Source of the DNA: an uncultured cyanobacterium
GTDB lineage: Bacteria; Cyanobacteriota; Cyanobacteriia; Cyanobacteriales; CAWUOF01
Assembly: GCA_963744145.1 (NCBI GenBank)
Contig: CAVUSO010000001.1
Span: forward strand, 7,392,001 to 7,456,000
DNA: 64,000 nt
Direction of reading: 5' to 3'
This document shows, piece after piece, positions 41,978-51,310 of the stretch; position 1 is the first letter of the stretch, and each line of letters begins with the position of its first letter. The notes beneath the pieces were generated by a model. It had not been told where the DNA came from. It searched no databases and saw only the letters and a program-made list of their open reading frames with translations. A program made the position numbers and the translations under genes.

Positions 41978-42688
41978 TTAAACTAACAAACGTTCGAGAG
42001 CTGGAAGATCAGGAATGCGGAGGATCTCGCGATCGCGCAAAATCAACCCCTTTTTCTCCAGTTTATTTAGCACTCTCGTCACCGTTTCCCTTGCTAGTCC
42101 GCTCAGACTGCTTAATTCCCGATGCGGTAAGTTCGGAATTTCGGTGCCAGAAACAGTTAATTTCCCCTGTCCTTCAGCTAAAAACAGAATTATATCTGCC
42201 ACCCTTGATGTACTGTCCGATTCCCGTAAGCGTAGTCTGCGATTGACTTGACGTAAACGTCGGGCCATGAGTTGAGCTAAACGAATTCCCGCAAATGGTT
42301 CGGTATGTAGTAATTGGACAAAGTCTTGAGCTGGCATATTGCCAATTGTAGTCTGAGTTAGGGTGATCACATCAGTGGAACGGGGCACTTCGTCTAGAGC
42401 AGCCATTTCGCCAAATAGCTCTCCTTTACCCAAAATATTGAGCGTCACCTCTTTACCATCTAAGTTGTAAGTGCGAATCTTGACCCAACCCTCCAAAATA
42501 AAGTATACAGAGCCACCCCAGTCATTTTCCAGTAAGATCACCTGATTGGCTGGATGGCTACGTCCAACGACATGAGCAGTCGCTCTTACCACCGCAGCTT
42601 CTGGTAAGCCAATAAAAAAGGATGTCGTGCGGATTACTTCATGGGGCTGCAAAGCGGAGGGTTCGCGGGTGCGATGTCGGTCATCCAT
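41978..42688 (-). CDS. Crp/Fnr family transcription factor (cAMP receptor protein-like)
   Basis: cNMP site FGEMA...PRST and HTH GLARETVTRVL. Confidence 0.92.
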   Translation of the reverse strand: MDDRHRTREPSALQPHEVIRTTSFFIGLPEAAVVRATAHVVGRSHPANQVILLENDWGGSVYFILEGWVKIRTYNLDGKEVTLNILGKGELFGEMAALDEVPRSTDVITLTQTTIGNMPAQDFVQLLHTEPFAGIRLAQLMARRLRQVNRRLRLRESDSTSRVADIILFLAEGQGKLTVSGTEIPNLPHRELSSLSGLARETVTRVLNKLEKKGLILRDREILRIPDLPALERLLV

Positions 42689-43270
42689 GAGGGCATCATC
42701 TTAATGAATTCGGAGGGTAGATTCAGGAAAATAGTAACCTGACTCACTGGTGAGCGGCTGTTGGACAATTAAACCAAGATTTTTGTGAGCATTGCCAGTA
42801 AATTCACGGTCTTACTCTCCCTGATCTAATCGATTTTTGTCTTTTCTAGCGTACACCTGGTGCTGTCTAATATCAGAAAAATCGCTTATTCTGATCACAT
42901 TAAGCTAAATCTAATACTTTTTACATTAAGGTCAACCTAATCCTTGCTCAAAATTCCTGATTTAAGTTCGATTGAATTGTCTTACCTCCAATATTTTGTT
43001 ATGCCCATAGCTCAGATTTTCTAATATTCAGCAGCAATTTTACCAAATTATTGGCCTACTCAACTGGCCATCACGGTTAACTTTTTTGGCCAATGAGTTA
43101 AAGGTAATGGGTAAATGATCAGTAGATTGGTTATTATACCTGGGTGTTAAGTATGGTACAATCCAAAAAATCAGAAAAAATTTTAATAATTTGGATCAGA
43201 CCAGAGCTACAAGCGTCCCGGTTATTCTGATTTTTGGTAAAAAGATTTATTCAGTCTCGGAGCTTGCATT

Positions 43271-45724
43271 GTGACTTCTCAGCTTGAGCAAATTCAAGTA
43301 TTACTTTTAGAAATTGATGGATGGCTTCGGAAAGTGAACTTACGTCCACCAATGGGTGTGGCAGAAATTGCCCAACAGCGTGGTTTATTAGAAAAGATTC
43401 GCAATTATCTTGATACTCACTATCAACAACTACTACTGACCGAAAAAAATCTGTCTTCAGTCGAACAGGAACCTGAGTTAGTTCCCGAACAAGTTCCGGT
43501 TAGTGATCAGGATGAATCCATACCTATATCGCTGTTATCGACATTAACAGCTCAACAGATTCGACAGTCGGTTGAGCAAGAAATGAACGGTGTTCGAGTT
43601 CAATTTATTAAATATTTCCAAGCTGAATTAAAAAAATTATCCAGGGAAAAGGAAGTTCTGGTTCAGGAAATTACTAAACTTCGCGAAGCACGTCAAGCTT
43701 TGGATTTTCAAGAAGAACAGCAGCGATCGCAAGCAGAAATTCTGACTAATTTTTTAGAAGTAATTGCTACTAATTTACAAGATACTCTCCCTCAACAAAT
43801 TACGGAAATTCTGACTGAGCAAATTTCCCAATTTAATTTACAATCACCAGTAACTAAAACTGAAATTCAGATTGAGCAAATATCTCAAGAAGTAATAGTT
43901 CCAGATCAGCAACCTCCCCAAAAAGATTTAGTTAGTGCAAAAATTACTGAATCTAGTGATATAATTACTAGCTTTACTGAACTTTTAGCACAATTAAATT
44001 TAGAGGAAAAAATATCCGAGGTAAAAGAATCTATTGTAGCTGAACCGCAAAATCAAGAAATTTCACCCTCCGTCAGTGATCTAAAAGCAGATTTACCTAC
44101 TCAAACAAATCCGGATGAACAACTTACTGGTTTGTTAGATGATCATCATGATGATTTACCAACTCCAGTAATACCACCAGGGAGGAAAAATTCAGCTCAA
44201 AAGAGTAATATTTCATCTGCTAGTAAAAGTACATTACTTAATCCAGCTTCGATCGCAAATAAACAATCAGTTCCGTTGGTAACTAATCCAGACTCTGCAA
44301 TTCCACCATCCCTACCCAGTAGCTCAAATTCCGTGGAAACAGTTTTTCCAGTTAATCCACCAGAAGTTTGGTATCTAGGTATTGATTTAGGAGCAACAGA
44401 TATTTCTGCTACTTTGTTCAATTGTTTAACTGGTGTATTATATCCTTTATCTTGGTCAACTTCTGGGACAATTGATGTTCGTTTAGCAATTGAAAAAACC
44501 GGGTTATTATGGTCAAATTTTCCATCGGGATTAAGTGAAGCAATTCCTTATGCTCCAGCAACTATAGCTCCAGTTTCAGAAAGTAATCAACCAAATTTAT
44601 CCGAATTACCAAAAACGATTATCAAAGCACTCCAAGAATTATTTGCACTTTTTCTTAAACCCAATAAAGTCATTGTTCCTCCCGAGTTAGATCCAGAGAC
44701 TTTTCACTTAGCACTACGAGAATTAGCTGGAGTAATTTTAGGTTGTCCAATTGATTGTCCAGATACTTATCGTTTCAATCTCCGGGAAGCAGTATTAGGT
44801 GCTAAGTTAGTAGCTAGTGCTGAACAAATTTTTTTTATTGAAAACGCGATCGCACTGTTAATTTCTGAATTACCCTTACCGAAACAATCAACTAAGTTAA
44901 ATTCTACTTCTGACCAAGAAAACAAACTTTCTCTGTTACCTGTTGAGCGAGATAATTATTGGTATGGTGGGACTTTAGTGCTAAATATTGATCCTGTCAA
45001 AACTGAGATATGTCTAGTCAGATTACCAGAACAGATCGGAACATTAACTTATAAAAATTTCCAGTTTCGATCTGTTGATAATAGGGAAGAAGTAGTTAAT
45101 TTTGTCCAAATTATAAACCGTGAATTTAATACTATCCTGATTCAAATGGGAATGACCGTAGAAGAAATTAATCAAGCAATTTGGATCGGTGAAAATAGTG
45201 AATTAACAGCGATCGCGACTTGGTTAAGACAAAAGCTACCCAACGCAAAAATTATTCAAGATCAAATAACAGATGATCGCAAATCAGGAGTAAATCGGAT
45301 TGCTAAAGGTTTAGCAAAATTACCATTATATCCCCAGATTCTAGATATTACCCAACATCAGTATGAAGATTATTTTCTATTCATGGAACTATTACGAGTT
45401 ATCCCTGAGCAAGATTTACAAATTGCAGAGGTGATGAAGTTATTAGAAGAGCGAGGTATTAATACTCGTGTTTGTGAACCAAGAATCTTAGCGATTTTAA
45501 ATGGTAAAATTCCAGTTGGATTAGTTCCTCCTTCCAACGAAATTGGGGATAATATTCCTAATTCTCCCACCCATATATTTGAAAAACTAGATGAGCAAAC
45601 CTATCGACCATTATCCCAGCAATGCGATCGATTCCGTCGATATTTGCGTCAAATTTTAGCCCATAGTTACCAAAAATTAGAGGAACCACTCACCGTCGGT
45701 TTTATGATGGATGTAGTCAAATGA
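43271..45724 (+). CDS. Hypothetical protein: coiled coil, low-complexity linker and Hsp70/actin-like domain
   Basis: WYLGIDLG phosphate-1-like motif and YRFNLREAVL; GTG start. Confidence 0.65.
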   Translation: MTSQLEQIQVLLLEIDGWLRKVNLRPPMGVAEIAQQRGLLEKIRNYLDTHYQQLLLTEKNLSSVEQEPELVPEQVPVSDQDESIPISLLSTLTAQQIRQSVEQEMNGVRVQFIKYFQAELKKLSREKEVLVQEITKLREARQALDFQEEQQRSQAEILTNFLEVIATNLQDTLPQQITEILTEQISQFNLQSPVTKTEIQIEQISQEVIVPDQQPPQKDLVSAKITESSDIITSFTELLAQLNLEEKISEVKESIVAEPQNQEISPSVSDLKADLPTQTNPDEQLTGLLDDHHDDLPTPVIPPGRKNSAQKSNISSASKSTLLNPASIANKQSVPLVTNPDSAIPPSLPSSSNSVETVFPVNPPEVWYLGIDLGATDISATLFNCLTGVLYPLSWSTSGTIDVRLAIEKTGLLWSNFPSGLSEAIPYAPATIAPVSESNQPNLSELPKTIIKALQELFALFLKPNKVIVPPELDPETFHLALRELAGVILGCPIDCPDTYRFNLREAVLGAKLVASAEQIFFIENAIALLISELPLPKQSTKLNSTSDQENKLSLLPVERDNYWYGGTLVLNIDPVKTEICLVRLPEQIGTLTYKNFQFRSVDNREEVVNFVQIINREFNTILIQMGMTVEEINQAIWIGENSELTAIATWLRQKLPNAKIIQDQITDDRKSGVNRIAKGLAKLPLYPQILDITQHQYEDYFLFMELLRVIPEQDLQIAEVMKLLEERGINTRVCEPRILAILNGKIPVGLVPPSNEIGDNIPNSPTHIFEKLDEQTYRPLSQQCDRFRRYLRQILAHSYQKLEEPLTVGFMMDVVK

Positions 45725-46257
45725 ATTTACCCACTTGGATTACAGTTTCTCGTTTATTAGCAGTACCAATAACTCTTTATTTTTTGCAACATCCCACTGA
45801 GCAAGAACGTTGGTTCACTGTGGTAATTTTTTTATTAGCTGCTGGAACAGATTGGTTAGATGGTTATTTAGCTCGTAAACTTAACCAAATCACCGATCTG
45901 GGTAAATTTCTTGATCCATTAGTAGATAAATTGCTCATTTTAGCTCCACTGATAGCATTAGTAGAACTTGGTCAACTACCTGCTTGGGGAGTATTTTTAA
46001 TTTTAACCCGAGAACTGGTAATTTCGGGTTGGAGAGTTAACCCAAATCTTACTGGTGGGACGAATATTCAGGGTGCTAATTGGTGGGGGAAACTAAAAAC
46101 AGTTAGTCAAATTTTGGCGATCGCGCTTTTAATTGCACCATTACCCAAAGTATGGATAATCCCCTCATTAATTGCCTTCTGGATTTCTGTTGCTCTCACC
46201 TTAATTTCCGGTATTATATATCTCTGGCCTGAAAATGTCAATGGGGAAAATGCTTAA
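45721..46257 (+). CDS. pgsA: CDP-diacylglycerol--glycerol-3-phosphate 3-phosphatidyltransferase
   Basis: DWLDGYLAR...GKFLDPLVDK motif. Confidence 0.93.
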   Translation: MNLPTWITVSRLLAVPITLYFLQHPTEQERWFTVVIFLLAAGTDWLDGYLARKLNQITDLGKFLDPLVDKLLILAPLIALVELGQLPAWGVFLILTRELVISGWRVNPNLTGGTNIQGANWWGKLKTVSQILAIALLIAPLPKVWIIPSLIAFWISVALTLISGIIYLWPENVNGENA

Positions 46258-46286
46258 TTAGTTATCGAAGCTATTCAGTTAATGGG

Positions 46287-46883
46287 ATGGTGAGAAAGAT
46301 GATCGCAGTAGTAACAGCACCAACAAGAAAGCAATTCACAGTAGAGGAATATTACCAGCTGAGTGAGTTGGGGATGCTAGGGGATGGTAGGACAGAACTA
46401 ATTGATGGGGATATTATTTATATGGCACCAATGGGTAGTCGTCATTTAAGCTGTCTAATTCGATTGAATAAAATTTTCCCCAAACTTTTAAATGATCGTG
46501 CTTTAGTCGCGATGCAAGGAGCAGTCAGGCTAAATGGAAAATTAGAACCGGAACCCGACCTATCAATTTTGAAACCGCGTGATGATTGTTACGAGTATCT
46601 GCTCCCCCAACCCCAAGACATATATTTACTAATCGAAGTATCAATTACTACGATTAACGATGATCGTAATGTCAAGTCAGTCCTATATGCCAAAGCTGGG
46701 ATTATTGAACTTTGGATCGTAGACATAGAAGGACAATTAGTTGAGGTGTATCGCAATCCCACTGCTAATGGTTATGAAAGTATCCAACAATTTAGACGCG
46801 GTAACTCAATCTCACCTCTTTCATTTCCAGACATAGTAATCAGTGTTGATGAGATTTTATGGACTAATAGATCACAAAATTAA
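46287..46883 (+). CDS. Uma2 family endonuclease-fold protein
   Basis: ELIDG, PEPDL, LIEVS and YAKAGI motifs. Confidence 0.9.
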   Translation: MVRKMIAVVTAPTRKQFTVEEYYQLSELGMLGDGRTELIDGDIIYMAPMGSRHLSCLIRLNKIFPKLLNDRALVAMQGAVRLNGKLEPEPDLSILKPRDDCYEYLLPQPQDIYLLIEVSITTINDDRNVKSVLYAKAGIIELWIVDIEGQLVEVYRNPTANGYESIQQFRRGNSISPLSFPDIVISVDEILWTNRSQN

Positions 46884-46931
46884 TCAACCGGATTGAATAG
46901 CTAGGCTACTTCATCAGTAAAACTTTCAAAT

Positions 46932-46986
46932 GTGGGACAGACATCTTGTCTGTCCAATAAAGTAACTTTTGCTTTCTTGTCTATTG
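46932..46986 (+). repeat. Family C repeat, partial copy, between convergent Uma2 genes
   Basis: GTGGGACAGACATCTTGTCTGTCC...TTTTGCTTTCTTGTCTATTG; contains the stop codon of the 46981-47706 gene. Confidence 0.8.
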
Positions 46987-47706
46987 ATTTTGTAGCTTTT
47001 CCTTCTTTTTCCTCAACTGATCGACAAACACGACCTGTTCCGGTGACTTCAACCCGACTTGGAGTATTTCCAATACCTGTGCTAACTGATTATTAATTAG
47101 TGCCTCCACCTTCAACCATAAACCTGGAAACACCCGACTACGAATGATACCATCTGGATCAGGAGATAGCAACTGATACTCTCCATCAGTCAGAAAAAAC
47201 CATTCAATCTGATTTTCGTAAGATTTCCAAATCACATACTCCAATACGCCATTGCGACAATATACCTGCTTTTTGCTACCTGTATCGATCGCTGTACTAC
47301 TTGCGGCAATTTCCACAATCAATTCAGGAGATCCTTCAATATAACCATCTTCACTCAGTCGGGTTTGTCCTCCTGCATCCGCTTCAATAAACAGCACTGC
47401 ATCTGGTTGAGGTTCATTATCCAGATCTAGACGTACTGTCGGTTCAACACTTAAGTCTACACCCGGAGTCATTGCTTGATAAACTCCTAACCAGGTCATA
47501 ACTCGACTGTGGGGTTGACCATGCTGCTGGTGTCGTAACGGAGATACCACGTAAACAATTCCTTCGATTAGTTCTGCTTTTTTGATGTGGGGAGCAGCTG
47601 CATATTGTCGCTCGAATTCGGGACGAGTTAGGCGATCGCCACTTTGCAGGGTCAAATATTCCTGTGCCAAATCAGATTGTATTTGAGATGAGAACTCTCT
47701 AACCAT
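46981..47706 (-). CDS. Uma2 family endonuclease-fold protein
   Basis: AELIEG, EPQPDA, PELIVEIA and FPGLWL motifs. Confidence 0.9.
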   Translation of the reverse strand: MVREFSSQIQSDLAQEYLTLQSGDRLTRPEFERQYAAAPHIKKAELIEGIVYVVSPLRHQQHGQPHSRVMTWLGVYQAMTPGVDLSVEPTVRLDLDNEPQPDAVLFIEADAGGQTRLSEDGYIEGSPELIVEIAASSTAIDTGSKKQVYCRNGVLEYVIWKSYENQIEWFFLTDGEYQLLSPDPDGIIRSRVFPGLWLKVEALINNQLAQVLEILQVGLKSPEQVVFVDQLRKKKEKLQNQ

Positions 47707-47832
47707 TTTCAGGCATAATTTTTGTGATTATTTGGCTAAAAACAATCCCAAACTGATCCATATTTCCCAGGTTAAGTACCTGAGAATATATGGATACAAT
47801 ACAACTTCAACCAGATGTAACTGGAGTTAAAT

Positions 47833-49950
47833 TTATGCAGATTGAGCAATTTGATAGGGACTGGTTAATTTTTCCAATTGTTGCACTAACAAACTGAGGA
47901 ATAAACCAACATCAGTAACCACTCCGACCGATTCAATCGAACCCCGATCGCTTAATTTGGTAACAACTGCTGGATTAATATCCACACAAACCATTTTCAC
48001 TCCCGATGCGGTCATATTCCCTACACCGATGGAATGTAGCATAGATGACAGCATCAAAATCATATCTGCGCCTTGGAGCAAACGAGTATACTCCTCTTGG
48101 GCTTTAATTAAATCCATTTCTGTATCTGGTAAAGGACCATCATCACGGATGGAACCAGCTAAACAGAAAGGTACTCCAGCGCGAACACATTCATACATTA
48201 CACCATTGGTAATTACGCCTTCTTCAACGGCTTTCGCGATACTACCATAGCGACGAATTGTGTTAATGACTTTTAAATGATGTCGGTGTCCACCGCGAAC
48301 TGCAACTCCTCGTTTCATGTCTACTCCCAAAGAAGTACCCATGACCGATTGTTCAATATCATGAACTGCGATCGCATTTCCACCTAACAACGCTTGAACG
48401 TAACCCTTCCGAATCAAATGTCCTAAGTGTTCACCACCACCAGTATGAATTACCACTGGTCCAGCAGTTACCACCACTTTTCCATTGCGATCGCGAATTT
48501 GTCGTAACTCCCAAGCAACTTGTTCTACTACTAATTCAACTCTACGTTCGCTGGAAACTCCCGCAGACATAAAACTAAATTCCGTGGTATTGCGTTGTTC
48601 CCGCGATTCAGTTTTCCGGATAGTGCGGATTCCTTCTACACCAACAATTACATCTTCACCTACTGCTAAATCTCGGAGTAACTTACAACGAGCGATCGGT
48701 TCTCCATCGGGGGTATAGGTAATCGCGATCGCCCCATCCATTCTTTGATTTTGCACTTTTACCCACTGACATTTTACCCGGACTTCCGTGGGATAAATCG
48801 TAGTGACATAAAAATCATCAGGAGCTACACCTGCTTGGGTGACAGTTTCCAGAGTAGTATCACAGACTTCTTGAGGAGGAGCAACTGCACCCAGATCGAT
48901 CAACTGGGAGACAATTTCTTCCATAATGGCATGGGAAGGAGCAGAAACTTTGACTTCTGCCGATGAGGTACTTTGTCTTTGTTCTCCCAAATTAAAATTG
49001 AGTACCTGGAAACTTCCACCACCTCCGACTACTAAATCGAGGGCACGATTAATTAATCCAGAATCAAGCAAGTGACCTTCTAGTCGAACAGTCCGACTTT
49101 CTACGGTCACATTAGCATGATGTTCTTCCATCATCGGTTCGGTCACGCGCAAAGTCAGACACTTCGCAGCACCACCAGCTTTTAGAAATTCAGTTAGGGG
49201 AGTAGTTATAACCTGAAATCCAGCTTGTTCCAGACTATCTTTTAAATCTTTAGTGGTTTGGTTCAATACCACAATTTGGTCAATATTTACAGCATTACAG
49301 GCAAAATTGACCGCATCTGCTTCGGAAACCACTATCCGTTTTGCTTCTGGAACCCGCATTTCAATTAATCGGTTCGAGTAAGCATCAAAAGCTGGTGGAT
49401 AATAGAGTAAATAGCCACCAGTTAAAGGACAGAAACAGGTATCGAGGTGATAAAATCTTTCATCGACCAAATGGAGAGATAGGACTTCAATATCCAGCCA
49501 TTTGGCTAAATAGGGATGGGAATCTAATTCCGAGCGGAACCCATAACCAGCCCATAACCAACGTCCTTCCCGATCTAACAGAGCATCCCCTGCACCTTCA
49601 AAGGGTAAATCTTTGGGGAGTTCTTGGACGATATAACCTTGAGATTGGAACCAGGTTTTAAAAAACGGTTCTTCCCCTTGTCTTTCTTTGTGGAAAAAAC
49701 GACTAAGAACTACTTTATTTCCTAATACTAGACCAGCATTAGCCGTAAACACCATATCTGGCCAACCCTGCTCTGGCTTGACCAAATCTACGATAGCGTG
49801 TTCTTTGAGAACATAGAGCAACTTTTGCCATTGTTCGACGGCGCGATCGCGGGAAGATTTATGAATATTACCCTCCATCCAGGGATTAATCACATAATCC
49901 ACGTCGTAATGGTCAGGGGCACACATGAGAAAGCGAATCGGATCAGTCAT
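47833..49950 (-). CDS. argZ: Bifunctional arginine dihydrolase/ornithine cyclodeaminase ArgZ (AgrE)
   Basis: Amidinotransferase-fold N-terminus (VINPWM, DMVFTAN, FYHLDTC, GGAAKC) fused to a LOR/SDH-like C-terminus; ATG at 49950 gives 705 aa. Confidence 0.92.
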   Translation of the reverse strand: MTDPIRFLMCAPDHYDVDYVINPWMEGNIHKSSRDRAVEQWQKLLYVLKEHAIVDLVKPEQGWPDMVFTANAGLVLGNKVVLSRFFHKERQGEEPFFKTWFQSQGYIVQELPKDLPFEGAGDALLDREGRWLWAGYGFRSELDSHPYLAKWLDIEVLSLHLVDERFYHLDTCFCPLTGGYLLYYPPAFDAYSNRLIEMRVPEAKRIVVSEADAVNFACNAVNIDQIVVLNQTTKDLKDSLEQAGFQVITTPLTEFLKAGGAAKCLTLRVTEPMMEEHHANVTVESRTVRLEGHLLDSGLINRALDLVVGGGGSFQVLNFNLGEQRQSTSSAEVKVSAPSHAIMEEIVSQLIDLGAVAPPQEVCDTTLETVTQAGVAPDDFYVTTIYPTEVRVKCQWVKVQNQRMDGAIAITYTPDGEPIARCKLLRDLAVGEDVIVGVEGIRTIRKTESREQRNTTEFSFMSAGVSSERRVELVVEQVAWELRQIRDRNGKVVVTAGPVVIHTGGGEHLGHLIRKGYVQALLGGNAIAVHDIEQSVMGTSLGVDMKRGVAVRGGHRHHLKVINTIRRYGSIAKAVEEGVITNGVMYECVRAGVPFCLAGSIRDDGPLPDTEMDLIKAQEEYTRLLQGADMILMLSSMLHSIGVGNMTASGVKMVCVDINPAVVTKLSDRGSIESVGVVTDVGLFLSLLVQQLEKLTSPYQIAQSA

Positions 49951-50128
49951 AATAGATTTCAAATGGGTTGAGACAGCTGGCGACTTTTCCAATTTGGGCA
50001 CAACCTTTGACAGTCTTGGTTGAGAAGTCGCTAACAACTGTCCCTGCTTTTTGCCAAGATTTGGGAACCCTAATGGATCAAGCCCAATTATCTATTCTAT
50101 TATGTTTTGAGATCCATTTACCAAGGAC

Positions 50129-50323
50129 TTAAACGCTGGCAACTAATTTAATCCGACCCGCGTCCATCTCGTCCATCAATAATTCCAGCGCTTCATAATC
50201 AACATCTGAGATATAACCCAATCTAGTCAGCTCTCCGTTGATGCCATTTTCAATGTCAGGAGTTAATCGCTGCAAATAAAGGGCTTTTTCTACAAGCTGA
50301 CGAATAATCCCTGTAGGTTTCAT
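50129..50323 (-). CDS. Small conserved cyanobacterial hypothetical protein
   Basis: 64-aa ORF with DYEALELLMDEMDAGRI and an AGGAG RBS. Confidence 0.7.
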   Translation of the reverse strand: MKPTGIIRQLVEKALYLQRLTPDIENGINGELTRLGYISDVDYEALELLMDEMDAGRIKLVASV

Positions 50324-50401
50324 AAAAAGATAGTTGAACTCCTGATCATTAATTTTCTCTTGATCAAATGGACAAAACCGTGATTAGTGCTTGGGTTGAA
50401 A

Positions 50402-50417
50402 GTGATATTAATCACTG
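50402..50417. promoter_or_regulatory. CRP-like palindrome between divergent genes
   Basis: AGTGA-tattaa-TCACT, similar to TGTGA-N6-TCACA. Confidence 0.45.
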
Positions 50418-50790
50418 CGGGAACAAAACTGCCGCTATGGCAATCTTTGCCAATATGGTTACGAAAAAATCATGTCACCTTGGTTGATTCCTGCATTTAG
50501 ACCCACAAGGTCAGGATCTGATGGGCTTTTCTAGGACCAATAGAAAACCAGCCCAAAGTTGCTGATTAATTTTGTGGATCGGAATAAATGACTGTTGTTT
50601 AGTTTTTCCTGAAACTAAATAGTTTAACTGCGTGATTATGGAATTTGCTGAAAATTTTAAAGGATCAAAAAATCAATTTAAAGATTTAGCAAAGCTCCTC
50701 TAATTAGTTAGTAAATTAGTAAATTTGCGGGTATGTTCAAAACATAATCAAAATTTATTTGATTATGGTATTGTCCAAAGGAATAAGAAT

Positions 50791-51126
50791 ATGCAGAGTG
50801 TTATGTCCCATCCCAAAATTACAGTTATTCAACCTGAAGGTCATCTGAATGCTTCTGGGTTAGAGAAATTTCAAAGTCAACTAATTACCACGCTTACCAG
50901 TGATGGACCATCAATTATTTTAGTAGATATGGAGCAAGTCGAATCCCTAGATAGCGCAGGACTAATGGCTTTAGTTTCAGCCCTAAGTTTAGCGCAGCGG
51001 TTAGAAAAAAGGTTTAGTCTTTGTAGCGTCAGACAGACAATTAAGCTAATTTTTGAACTGACTCAACTAGATCGCGTGTTTGAAATGTTTGATAACAGTA
51101 CAGCTTTTCGAGCCACGCTAGTATAG
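50791..51126 (+). CDS. STAS-domain anti-sigma factor antagonist
   Basis: VDMEQVESLDSAGL and IFELTQLDRVF motifs; ATG at 50791. Confidence 0.9.
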   Translation: MQSVMSHPKITVIQPEGHLNASGLEKFQSQLITTLTSDGPSIILVDMEQVESLDSAGLMALVSALSLAQRLEKRFSLCSVRQTIKLIFELTQLDRVFEMFDNSTAFRATLV

Positions 51127-51143
51127 GAACTGACTAAATTTGC

Positions 51144-51168
51144 CCCTTCGACTCCGCGAGCGGGTAAA
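51144..51168 (-). repeat. Stand-alone variant of the 24-nt mini-element
   Basis: CCCTTCGACTCCGCGAGCGGGTAAA compared with the consensus CCCTTCGACTACGCTCAGGGTAAA. Confidence 0.65.
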
Positions 51169-51310
51169 TGATCCAGTGGGATATATCTGTTTTGCTTAAA
51201 TCAGGGTGCTTTTCCAGTATCGGTCGATCAGCCAAATCTCTAACTAATGTGGAAATATCCAGTATATTAAAGATAATCATAATCATAACTGGAAGTAAGA
51301 GAGTGCTGCT